Origin: Mobula hypostoma
Taxonomy: Eukaryota
NCBI RefSeq assembly: GCF_963921235.1
Contig: NC_086097.1
Span: forward strand, 111,354,001-111,418,000
Direction: 5' to 3'
DNA length: 64,000 bases
In this document: piece after piece, positions 29,201 through 39,803 of the stretch
Layout: each line of letters opens with the position of its first letter
Position numbering within the stretch: position 1 is the first letter of the stretch
Notes under the pieces: generated by a model
Seen by the model: only the letters and a program-made list of their open reading frames with translations
What the model was told of the DNA's origin: nothing
Database searches by the model: none
Position numbers and translations under genes: made by a program

Positions 29201-29700
29201 TGCAAGGGTAATAAAGATCCTATTAGGAGTTATATAACAGGAACAGGAGCCAGGATATGGGCTACAAATTACAATGGACATGTCAAAAGGGAAATGTTAT
29301 GTGGTATTTCAATATGGAGGTAGATTGGGTAAATCAGGTTGGTGCTATGTCCCAAGAGAGAGAATTTGTGGAATGCTTACAAGATGACTTTTTAAGAGCA
29401 GCTTGTGGTTGAGCCCGCTAGGGTATCAATTATTCTGGATTGGGTGTTGTGTAATGAACTGAATTTGATTAGGGAGCTTAAGGTAAAGGAACCCTTAGAA
29501 TACAGTTCTCTAGTATGATAGAATTCACTGTGCAATTCGAGAGAGAGAAGCCAAAGTCAGATGTTTCAGTATTACAATGGAGTAAAGGGAATTACAGAGG
29601 CGTGAGAGAGGAGCTGGCCGAAGTTGATTGGAAGGGGACACTAGCAGAGATGATGACTGGAGTTTCTGGGAGTAACTCTAAAGGTGCAGGATAGATACAC
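23250..29700. mobile_element. Mosaic of degenerate CR1 fragments in both orientations
   Basis: Repeated DDTKIGG, RDLG, EYCVQF and RGDLIE motifs plus endonuclease and ORF1 remnants. Confidence 0.75.
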
Positions 29701-29726
29701 ATTGGTGCTAGAAGCAGATACTATAT

Positions 29727-30238
29727 ACACACACACACACAAAATGCTAGAGGAACTCAGCAGGCCAGACAGCATCTATGGAAATGAAATAAAAACAGTT
29801 GACATGTTGGGCTAAGGCACTCCTCAGGAGTGGAAAGGAAGGGAAAGGAGGAGCAGTTAGAAGGTGATAGGTGAATGGGAAAGAAAAAGGGCTAGAGAAG
29901 AAGGAACCTGTTAGAAGGAGAGTGGGCCATGGGAGAAAGGGAAGGAGAGGCAGCAGGGGAGATGATAGGCATATGAGGAGAAGAGATAAGAGGCCAGAGT
30001 AGGGAATAAAAGAAGAGACAAGGGGAAGGAAAAAGAAACTGTAAGGAGAAATTGATGTCCATGCCTTCAGGTTGGAGGCTACCTCGATGGAATACAAGAT
30101 GTTGCTCCTCCACCCTGAAGGTGGCCTCATCATGGCAAAAGAGGAGGCAATAGACTGACGTGTCAGTACGGAAATGGTGATAGGAACTAAAATGCTGGCC
30201 ACTGAGAAATTCCACTTTTGACAGATGGAACAGAGACG
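29727..30238 (-). mobile_element. Penelope-like 3' fragment
   Basis: Minus ORF with HDEATFRVEEQHLVFHRGSLQPEGMDINF (endonuclease C-terminus), plus the terminal repeat. Confidence 0.75.
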
Positions 30239-30368
30239 TTCCATTGGAGATATTTAAGGGAGTTTTAGATAGGCACATGCATAAAGAAAAACGTAGGGCT
30301 ATGCAGGAGGGAAGTGTACATTGATCTTGGAGGTTAGCACAACACAATGGGCTGAAGCGCCTGAACTA

Positions 30369-30980
30369 CAAGGGGTGAGTTCTTGGCCTAAGGTAGAAGG
30401 AGTCAATTTTAAAAAACCTAGCACATTTATTTTTCAACATAGCCCCCTCCTACATGTACACACTTAGTCCAGCAGTCATGGAGCATATCGATCCCTTCTT
30501 TGCAGAAGTGGTCCACAGCAGGGGTGATTGATAAGTTCGTAGCCTAAGGTAGAAAGAGATGAGTTATTACCTTCAAACTTTCTGCATTATCACTCAGAGT
30601 TGAACTGCACATGCATGTAACGAGAGCGTCTTGGACCTCCAGGTGGTCCACAGCAGGGGTGATTGATAAGTTTGTGGCCTAAGGCAGAAGGAGATGTGTT
30701 ATACAACTCTCGTTAAATGCACATGCAGTTCAACTCTTTTGAGTGAAAATGCAGAAAGTTTGAAGTTTCTCTTCATCTCCTACCGTGGGCCATAAACTTA
30801 TCAATCACCCTTGTTGTGGACCACTTTCTGGAGGTCAAAGACACTGACTTCTACAAAGAAGGGATCTGTATGCTCCACGACTGCTGGACTAAGTGTGTAA
30901 ATGTAGGAAAAATAAATGTGCTAGGTTTTCTAAAATTGACTCCTTCTACCCTAGGCCACGAAGTTATCAATCACCCCTCA
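30369..30980. mobile_element. Mariner-derived non-autonomous element (MITE) with TA duplication
   Basis: TA|CAAGGGGTGA...TCACCCCTCA|TA. Inverted arms of ~140 bp carry the mariner transposase C-terminus (FYKEGICMLHDCWTKCVNVG). Confidence 0.88.
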
Positions 30981-32699
30981 TATCTACGTTCTCTTGCAAT
31001 CCTGTGCATTGCACCTTGTAGACCAGGTTGTGATGCTAGCTGTAAGAATCCTCTCCACAGTATGTCTATGGAAATTTGAGCATCAGGGAGTTGTGGTCAC
31101 TGTCTCTGAGCTGCTCACTCAACAAAATTCTGTCACAGATCCAGCATGGCCTCTCCTCAAGTCAGCCTGTGCACATAACGTGTCTTTGGGATTGCATCAA
31201 CATTTTGGGCCCAGAATTCTGACATCCAGGAACTTGAAGCTGCTCAGCTTTCCACCAAACCTCTCAATGAGGAGTGCTGTGTGTTCTCCCAACTTCCACT
31301 TCTCAACCAGCCAATCTGACTCCTCTATGTCACCTTGTCTCTATCTGTGATTCTACAAACAACACTGGTGAATTTATAGATTGTGTTTGAACTGTGCTTA
31401 GCCACACAGTTGTGATTGTACTGTTCAAGAGGCTCTTAGATTGACACTGGTCAGTACAGATCCTGGGCTGGAGAGCCTGTTCCTGTGCTTTACTGTTCTA
31501 CATTCACACCATATAGGATGTGACACATTTGTCTACATTAGAGCATCGGGTATAAGTGCAAGATCATATTGCAGCTGTGTAAGACTTGTGTAAGTATAAA
31601 ACTGTAAATGTCAGAGTATCATATGCAATCCTGACCTCTGCATTATAGGAAGGATGTATAGGCTTTCAAAAAGGTGCAGTTAGAAGGTGATAGGTGAAGC
31701 TAGGTGGATGGGAAAGAAAAAGGGCTAGAGAAGAAGGAACCTGTTAGAAGGAGAGTGGGCCATGGGAGAAAGGGAAGGAGAGGCAGCAGGGGAGATGATA
31801 GGCATGTGAGGAGAAGAGATAAGAGGCCGGAGTAGGGAATAAAAGAAGAGACAAGAGGAAGGAAAAAGAAACTGTAAGGAGAAATATTGGCTCTGGATTG
31901 GAGAATATTAGGTTTTAAAAAAACCCAACAGGTTGGACAAATTTATATATTTTTTCCTCTGGAATGTCAGACCTGATAGAAAGTACTTGATGGCTCTGGC
32001 TCTTAGAGCTTAGAAAACAAGAGGGGTGGGGAATCTCATTAAAACCTACTGAATCTGAAAGGCTGAGGGTGAGTGTACTTGGGAGAAGATGTGGGAGACC
32101 CTAGGACCAGAGGGCACAGCATCAACATAGAGGATGTCTGTTCAGAACAGAGATCAGGACCTTCTTTTGCCAAACAGTGTTGAATCTGTGGAATTCATTG
32201 CCACAGATTACCATGGAGGCCAAGTCATTGGATATATTTAAAGCAGAGATTGATAGGTTCTTGATTAGTCAGATCATCAAAGGTTGCAGAAAGAAAGGAG
32301 AATGGGCTTGGGAATAAAAATAAATCAGTCATGACTGAATGGCAGCGCATACTTGATGGGCCACATGGCTTAATTCTGCTCCCATGTTCTATGTTCTGCT
32401 CTGTTTACATAGGGAATTAAACAAATTTTAATGATAGGATGAAAATCAAGGTAGTGGGAAAAGATATACAGTATTGGGAAAGAACCTAAAATGATCAAAG
32501 TACAGGAAATAGTTTGCATAATGTAGACAAGTCCTTATGCTAGCAAAGGAAAGCAATAATTTATGCATACCATAATTACCACAAACTGCAATGTGATATT
32601 GACTAGTTTCAGACACTTGAATACCCTGATGTACCCTGCTCTTGCTCTCTATCAAAGCACAGGGAAATCAAGTATCAAGAGCTCAATGTATTTTTTGTC

Positions 32700-33620
32700 A
32701 AAACCAGAGTAAAAATCTTTATTATTATTACAAGATCAATTACAGCCTCTGATGTTGTTACAGATAAATATCCCTTCAGCATACAAGCTTTTTTTAAAAA
32801 AATGTAGAGACCCACTTAAATGTGAATCAAATAAAACTTTGTTCAGCTTTTTGAGCAATATTGTTCAGTTTTTTTTAAGTCAAAGGCCGTTATATAGATC
32901 AGTGCAAGAAAGTGACTGCCCAAGGTAACTTCATTAATAATTTGTGCTTATGCTTACAGAAGATCAGACAACATTGTGGCTCAAGCAACTTCCACCACTC
33001 AATTAACATGCAACTATCAAATAGAAACCCGCAAAAAACTGAATTGCTGCTGCTCTGCATATAAATTGTTCATTTCAGTCTGTTCAACTGTGGGAAGGGA
33101 ACATTAGCCAAGTGCAAAATTATCATAATGCAAATGCATTGCTGCTTATGGTAGGATGGCACAAGATAGATTAGGGTTGTCGTTTATTGAGTTCAGAAAC
33201 AATGAATGAATGACACTGGGTTGTGCATTTAAAAATTAAATGGTTAGAAAAAATTTATTACAGCATATGATTACACCACTTAAAGCTTTGAAGAAATGTT
33301 TGATTTATTTGAAGATTTATGTACAACTGAAAAAAACACTTTGCCTTGAGGGAAAATCAAGGTCGCTCAATTTAGGACCCTGAATGAACTGACAGGAATT
33401 ACAAGAGGCAGAAACAATTACAGCATCCAGAAAAGCATTTGGGCAAATAAAGTCCTAATTGGATTACTGTAAGCATCACATATGGCATAGACAAATGAGT
33501 TCATTGTCATGCTGTACAATTCTACGGACTTGGAATACTACTGGCATAATGAATATTACTTGCAGCACTTAAAATCTGTTTATAAACAGATATTTAGCTC
33601 TGTCTCCTTGTAGTAATTGA
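32700..33620 (-). other. MLH1: MLH1 3' UTR (approximate) with candidate poly(A) signals
   Basis: Mostly non-repetitive AT-rich sequence. Minus-strand AATAAA (tttatt on +) at 33304, 33254, 33183 and 32718. Confidence 0.5.
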
Positions 33621-33785
33621 TCAACATCTCTCAAAGACTTTGTACAAATCAGATAAATTGGCAAGCTGCAGGATAGATCCATTTTCTGCAAACTGCTTTG
33701 GTGGAAGGAGCAAAGTCCTGAAAGCTTTGGATATAATGTGTTCTACAGACCACTTCCAAGACTTGTCACTGCCAAGTTCTTCATG
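33621..33785 (-). CDS. MLH1: MLH1 last coding exon (exon 19 equivalent), including TGA stop
   Basis: ttctag|CAT... Translates [54 protein letters not shown], ending in the conserved FERC motif. Confidence 0.97.
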   Translation of the reverse strand, partial: HEELGSDKSWKWSVEHIISKAFRTLLLPPKQFAENGSILQLANLSDLYKVFERC

Positions 33786-33909
33786 CTAGAAGGAATAATA
33801 AAAGAATCAAGTAATAATTTATTAAAGATTAAACAATCATACTCATGTCAGAAAGAAATCTGCAAATAATTCTTGTTTCCACTGTTCATTTTCTTGTCTT
33901 CCCATCATT

Positions 33910-35100
33910 TCATAGAAACACAGAAAACCTACAGCACAATACAGGCCCTCTGGCCCACAAAGCTGTGCCAAACATGTCCTTGCCTTAGAACTACCTGGAC
34001 TTACCCATAGCCCTCTATTTTTCTAAGCTTCATGTACCCATCCAGGAGTCTCTTAAAAGACCCTATTGTTTCCGCCTCCACCAGCCCATTCCACAACTCA
34101 CTACTCTGTGTAAAAAAGACATACCCCTGCCACCTCCCCTGTACCTGCTTCCAAGCACCTTAAAACTATGCCCTCTCGTGCTAGCCATTTCAGCCCTGGG
34201 AAAAAGCCTCTGACTATCCACACGATCAATGCCTCTCATTACCTTGTACACCTCTATCAGGTCACCTCTCATCCTCCGTCGCTCCAAGGAGAAAAGGCTG
34301 AGTTCACTCAACCTATTTTCATAAGGCATGCTCCCCAATCCAGGCAACATCCTTATAAATCTCCTCTGCACCCTTTCTATGGTTTCCAAGTCCTTCGTGT
34401 AGTGCGGTGACCAGAACTGAGCACAGTACTACAAGTGGGGTCTGACCAGGGTTCTATACAGCTGCAACATTACCTCTTAGCTCTTAAACTCAATCCCACG
34501 ATTGATGAAGGCTAATGCACCGTATGCCTTCTTAACCACAGAGTCAACCTGCGCAGCAGCTTTGAGTGTCGCCTCTGATCTCGGCTGACATTTACATGCC
34601 GGGTGATACCTAATTAATTAGCTTGTTTATTTCGGCTTTGACTTAAAGATGTGTTAGGTGCGTTCCGACTACTGCTGCACCACTGCATTCTTCGTGGCAA
34701 TGTATCGGTCTGCGGCCCGGAGGTTGGGGACCACTGCTCCACACTGCCAAGAGTCTCACCATTAATGCTATATCCTGCCATCATATTTGACCTGCCAAAA
34801 TAAACCACCTCATACTTATCTGGTTTGAACTCCATCTGCCACTTCTCAGCCCAGTTTTGCATCCTATCAATGTCCCGCTGTAGCCTCTGACAGCCCTCCA
34901 CACCATCCACAACACCCCCAATGTTTGTGTCATCAGCAAATTTACTAACCCACTTCTTCATCCAGGTCATTTATAAAAATCACGAAGAGTAGAGGTCACA
35001 GAACAGATCCCTGAGGCACACCACTGGTCACCGGCCTCCATGCAGAATATGACCCATCTACAACCACTCTTTGCTCTTTACCTTCTGTGGGCACAACCAC
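33910..35100 (-). mobile_element. Young 5'-truncated CR1 (same subfamily as 21412-22372), interrupted by a hAT fragment
   Basis: ORFs 34063..34389 and 34614..34970; strong similarity to 21420-22370. Confidence 0.9.
34569..34736. mobile_element. hAT-Charlie-type non-autonomous element, one end only
   Basis: Ends in GGTTGGGGACCACTG (reverse complement of a CAGTGGTCCCCAACC TIR). Homologous to 42203-42394. Confidence 0.75.
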
Positions 35101-35264
35101 TCTTTGCCTTCTGATTTCAATCTTATTCAAGTGGTAGCCACCTGTGTATGAACCTCAACCATCAGTCAACAGATTATTCTTCAAACTTTTGGAAGAAAAC
35201 AGTAACCAAATGCAGAATTGTCAATGTAGATCTATAGTTGCCTATGGTAGAATGTGCAAGGTAG

Positions 35265-36574
35265 CTCACACAAAATGCCGGAGGAGCTCAACAAGTCAGG
35301 CAGTATCAATGGAAATGAATAAACAGTAAACATTTGGGCCAAGACCCTTCATCAGGACTGGAAAGGAAGGGGGAAGAAGTCAGAATAAGGTGGTGGGGAA
35401 AGGGGAGGGAGTACAAGCTAGAAGGTGATGAATTCAGAATCTGGGAGGTGACTGGAGAAGAAGGAATCTGACAGGAGAGGAGAATAGACCATGGGTGAAA
35501 AGGAAGAGAGGGGCAGCACCAGAGGGAGGTGATAGGCAAGAGAAAAAAAGAGGGGGGGGGGGAGGGAGAGAGAAATGAAGAAGGGAATGGGGAGTTGGAA
35601 GAATTACCAGAAGTTGGAGAAATCAATGTTCTGCCACTAGGTTGGAGGTTACCCAGACAGAATGAGGTACTGCTCCTCCAACCTGAGAATGGGTAGAGGC
35701 AGCAATGGACTGACATGTTGAAATGCAAATAGGGATTGGAATTAAAATAGTTGGCCACGGGGAAATATTGCTCTTTGCAGAGGGAGTAAAGATGCTCGAC
35801 AAAAGAGTCCCTCAATCCATGTTGGGCCTCACCAATGTAGTACAGGCCGCATTGGGAGTACCCAGTACAGTAGACGATCCCACCAGATTCACCAGTGAAG
35901 TTTTGTTTCACCTGGAAGGACTGACTGGGGCCCTGAATGGAGGTGAGGAAGGAGGTGAACGGGCAGGTGTAGCACTTTTTGCACTTGCTGGGTTAAGTGC
36001 CAAGAGGGAGATGAAGGGAGATTAGGGGGGTGGAACAAATTGACAAGGGAATCGCAGAAGAAGCAGGAAGTGGAGAGTAGTGGGGAAGAAAGAATGATAG
36101 GCCGGATCGCAGAGGTTCATGGGATGGTAGGTGAGAACAAGAAGAACTCTATCCCTATTAATGTGGCAGGAAGATGGGGCAAGGCCAGATGTCTGAGAAA
36201 TGGAGATGTGGGTGAGGGCAGCATCAATGATGGAGGAAGGAGAAACCATTCTTCAAAGGAGGACATATCTGATACCCTGAAAAGAAAAGCCTCATCCTGG
36301 GAACAAATGCAACAAAGACAAAGCAACTGAGAAAAGGGTGGGAAGTGGTATAGTCAGATAGTCATGGAAGTTGGTAGGTTTGTAAAAGAGATCAGTACAT
36401 GGTTTGTCACCAGAGATGGAGACAGATTACATTGATAACAGCAGTGCTGTTTCAGGCACCCGTGCTGAGCTCACCAGTTTCATAAACTTTGCCTCCAGCT
36501 TCCACCCTGCCCTTAAATTCACTCGGTCCATTTCTGACATCTCTCTCCATTTTCTCTATCTCTGTCTCCATCTC
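35265..36574 (-). mobile_element. Penelope-like element, 5'-truncated with an inverted 5' segment
   Basis: GIY-YIG-like GIVYC..SQCGLYYIGEA...EH (ORF 35306..35911). The RT piece YIDN...FINFASSFHPALKFT lies on + at 36427-36574. Confidence 0.85.
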
Positions 36575-36660
36575 CAGGGGTCAGTGCCAGGCCCACTGCT
36601 ATTTGTCAATCACTCAGATGGGGCTGTACAAGGCATGGTTAGTAAGTTTACAGATGACAC

Positions 36661-37599
36661 TGTGACGAAAGAGGGTTACAAAGAGTACACATAGATTAAG
36701 ATGTTAACTGTCCTGTGCTGGCACCAGTGGGATCAACAGTTGATCTGCCACCTGTCTTCAGGAGAAAGAGAGATAAGGAAGACAATGGAGCAGCATTTGG
36801 AAATGTTAATGAAGAGACGGGAGAGTTTAACGGAAGGAGACACGGTCTGAGAACTGTCAAGATCGGCTCCTTTTTGAACCCTGAACTGTTTGAAGTGTGA
36901 TGGACAGGCGATACCCCAGCAGGGGGATAAAAAGGAACAGGTTCGCTAAGGCAGGACACACACGACACCACGAGGTAACGAGACCCTGGAAACGGTGCGC
37001 CTTCCACAAGTCGGTGGGAGTTTTTGGAGGGCTGGTCGCGGGACCAAGCCATAGACGCACAGGGTGGAAAGGTACGATCGGCGGGAACCTGGTGTGTGTC
37101 CGCCCTTGCCTGGGTGCCAGGTTCACTGCAGAGGAACGATCGTATCTGAAATGGAGGGGTCACAGTTGGTGACCTCAGAAGACATTACAAAGGGCTCGCC
37201 CGAAAGCTGACTGCGAAGAATATCGAAGGTCTGTGTGGAAGCCGTTTTGAATAATCATTCGCTTTCGCTCTGTCTCTCCTTCCCCCCCTCCCCGCCCCCC
37301 CCGTCCACCGCCACAGCAGTGATTACTGTGAACTGAACTGAACTCAATTGAACTGAACTTTGCGTCACTTTGAAACTGGTCATTTACCCCTAGACGACGA
37401 TAGAGCTTGATTGATCCTATTATCCTAGTTCTGTGTACATGTGTGTTTATCATTGCTGAATTGTTGCATTTATATCCTTACTATTAGAGTACTGTGTTGC
37501 TTGTTTCTTTAATAAAACTTTCTTAGTTCCAGTAATCCAGACTCCAACTGACTGATCCATTTCTGCTGGTTTGGCAACCCAGTTACGGGGTACGTAACA
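36661..37599 (+). repeat. 5' LTR (939 bp)
   Basis: TGTGACG...CGTAACA. TATA-like GATAAAA near 36926, AATAAA at 37511. Direct repeat of 40673-41602. Confidence 0.95.
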
Positions 37600-37603
37600 T
37601 AAG

Positions 37604-37621
37604 TGGGGGCTCGTCCGGGAT
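37604..37621 (+). promoter_or_regulatory. Primer-binding site complementary to the tRNA-Pro 3' end
   Basis: TGGGGGCTCGTCCGGGAT, 4 nt after the 5' LTR; this is the standard tRNA-Pro PBS sequence. Confidence 0.93.
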
Positions 37622-37697
37622 TTTGAATACTAAATTTGGGACGGAGTAAATTGATTGGGTTAAAATTCCCGAAAGAAAGAAAAGGCAAACAGCAGAA

Positions 37698-39803
37698 ATG
37701 GAGATTGAGGAATTTCTAAAGGTGCTGACCTTGGAGGCATTAGAGGATGCCAGGAAAGCGGAATTGGCAGCTGTGGCCAAACGATTGAACCTTGTTAAGG
37801 GGAAGTCGACAATGAGGAGAGAGGAGATGCACAGAGCTATCATAGAGCACTATGTATCTAAAGGTGTGTTTCCCCAAGGGGAGCTGGAGGTGGTGCAGAT
37901 TGAAAAACTGAGACTCGAGCACGAGTTCCGGGTACGGCAGCTAGAACACGAAGAGAAGCAGTTAGAAAGGCAGGAGAAAGAGAAAGAGAGGCAGTTGGAG
38001 CGAGAAGAGAGGCAGAGGGAAAGGGAATTTGAGCTGGAGAAGTTAAAGATGATGGCAGAGCAGGGGCCTATGCTGAACCAAGGTGGAGGGTTCAAGGCGA
38101 CCCAGGAGGTTAGGCTGGTTCCCCCATTTGACGATACCGATGTGGATCGGTACTTTCTCCATTTCGAAAAAGTTGCTACAAGTCAGGACTGGCCGAGGGA
38201 TAAGTGGGCTGTTTTGCTTCAGAGTGTACTTAAAGGAAAAGCCCAACAAGCTTACTCAGCTTTGTCCGCGGAAAATGTCCAGAGGTATGAGGTGGTGAAA
38301 GAGGCCATCCTCAGGATTTATGAGTTGGTCCCGGAGGCATACCGGCAGAGGTTCCAGAATGAGAGGAAGCAGTGGGACCGCACGTATTTAGAGTTTGCCC
38401 GTGAGATGCAGACATATTGTGAGCGTTGGTGCGCCTTGAAGGGGGTAGATGGGGATTATGACAGACTGCTACAGCTGATCCTGATTGAGCAGTTTAAAGG
38501 TTGTGTCCCTGAGGGTATGAGACCCTACCTAGATGAGAAAGAGGCAGCCACGTTAGCCGCAACTGCTAAGTTAGCGGATGAGTACACGTTGACGCATAGA
38601 ATGAAGTTTGTCCCGAGTAAAGGCCACCAGAAGGGTAGTCAGGACGGTGGGGAGAGTCCGCCAGAGAAGTCAGAAAATAAGCCAGGGACTAGTGAGAAGG
38701 ATAAGGTAGACCGGGAGCAGTCTGGTAGGAAGTCTCCTGGGGTCGTCTGTTATAATTGTGGGAAAGTCGGACACTTTGCGTCCAGGTGCTTTGCCCCAAA
38801 GAAGGAGACGGGGAAAGGAAAAACGGCGATTTTGACTGGCTGTATCGAGCTGGTAAACGAACTGCTAGGAGAGGAAAGGTCTGCCAAAGTTCAGGAAGGG
38901 CGCAAGAGGTTTATCTCGGCCGGATTGGTGTCGATGAAGGAGGGGTTAAACCCAGTTCCAGTGCGGATCTGGAGAGACACGGGAGCGTGTCAGTCATTGA
39001 TATTGAAGAGTGTATTAGAGTTCAGCTCAGAGACCCAGACTGGGGAGGTCAAAGTCAAAGGTATTGGGGAAGGGACAGAGGCAGTCCCTTTGCACCAGAT
39101 ACACCTACAAAGCAACTTGGTCTCTGGACCAGTCACGATCGGGGTGAGGCCCGAATTACCGATAAAAGGCGTGGAAGTCTTGCTCGGTAATGACCTCGCT
39201 GGAGGAATTGTGTTCTCGACAGTGAGATTGACAGGTCAGCCTGCCAGCATTGAGGCCCCGCCCACGGACTCACAGGTTCATCCTGGGACTGCCGAAGTAA
39301 ATTTAGCTGAGACGTTTCTACCAGCCTTGTACCAGGGGGAAGTAGAAAGTGAAAAGAAGGAGTGTAGTGAAACAAGAGGTAGTGAGGGAGCTGAAACCGA
39401 CTTAGCATTAGAAAAGAAGGACTTTATACAGGCGCAGGAGCGAGACGAGGAAACAGCTCGCTGTGAAACAGAGTTAGGAAGAGAACCAGTAGGCTATGGT
39501 GTGAAGGGGGAGGTGATAAGGAAGGAAGGGAGACCAAGTACCACAGATAAGGAATGGGGGATGGTGCCAAAAATCTCTTGGGGTGAGATTTTTAACCTGG
39601 CCCACAAGGTACCCCTCGGTGGACATTTTGAGGTGCTGAAGGAAACAGTTGGCGGAATCATGAAAGAGGTTTACTGGCTGCACAGGAGGAAGGATGTTAT
39701 TGATTATGGCAGACGCGAACTGAGACGGTCTCAGGCTTTTGATATGCTAACAAACCTAGTCGGTGTTAGCGCGGAAATCAACGAAGCTAGGGTCCCCCGA
39801 TGA
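37698..39803 (+). CDS. Gag (coiled coil, SCAN/capsid-like region, CCHC knuckle), aspartic protease and truncated integrase N-terminus; 701 aa
   Basis: Uninterrupted ORF. Motifs: VPPFDDTDVDRYFLHFEKVA..W..W; YELVPEAYRQRF; CYNCGKVGHFASRC; protease RDTGACQSL...LLGNDL; integrase-like LAHKVPLGGH...YW..RKDV with the two Cys absent. Confidence 0.9.
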   Translation: MEIEEFLKVLTLEALEDARKAELAAVAKRLNLVKGKSTMRREEMHRAIIEHYVSKGVFPQGELEVVQIEKLRLEHEFRVRQLEHEEKQLERQEKEKERQLEREERQREREFELEKLKMMAEQGPMLNQGGGFKATQEVRLVPPFDDTDVDRYFLHFEKVATSQDWPRDKWAVLLQSVLKGKAQQAYSALSAENVQRYEVVKEAILRIYELVPEAYRQRFQNERKQWDRTYLEFAREMQTYCERWCALKGVDGDYDRLLQLILIEQFKGCVPEGMRPYLDEKEAATLAATAKLADEYTLTHRMKFVPSKGHQKGSQDGGESPPEKSENKPGTSEKDKVDREQSGRKSPGVVCYNCGKVGHFASRCFAPKKETGKGKTAILTGCIELVNELLGEERSAKVQEGRKRFISAGLVSMKEGLNPVPVRIWRDTGACQSLILKSVLEFSSETQTGEVKVKGIGEGTEAVPLHQIHLQSNLVSGPVTIGVRPELPIKGVEVLLGNDLAGGIVFSTVRLTGQPASIEAPPTDSQVHPGTAEVNLAETFLPALYQGEVESEKKECSETRGSEGAETDLALEKKDFIQAQERDEETARCETELGREPVGYGVKGEVIRKEGRPSTTDKEWGMVPKISWGEIFNLAHKVPLGGHFEVLKETVGGIMKEVYWLHRRKDVIDYGRRELRRSQAFDMLTNLVGVSAEINEARVPR

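Noticed and set aside
36696..37453. Several 60-155 aa ORFs duplicated at 40745-41456
   Set aside because: They are chance ORFs inside the two LTRs, and LTR indels change them.
37604..37621. tRNA-Pro PBS suggesting an endogenous gammaretrovirus
   Set aside because: No env, and the Gag/protease motifs and the IN-before-RT order are Gmr1/Gypsy-like.
37698..39803. The 701 aa ORF as a domesticated host SCAN or zinc-knuckle gene
   Set aside because: It lies between two young LTRs with PBS, PPT and TSD, so it is transposon Gag.
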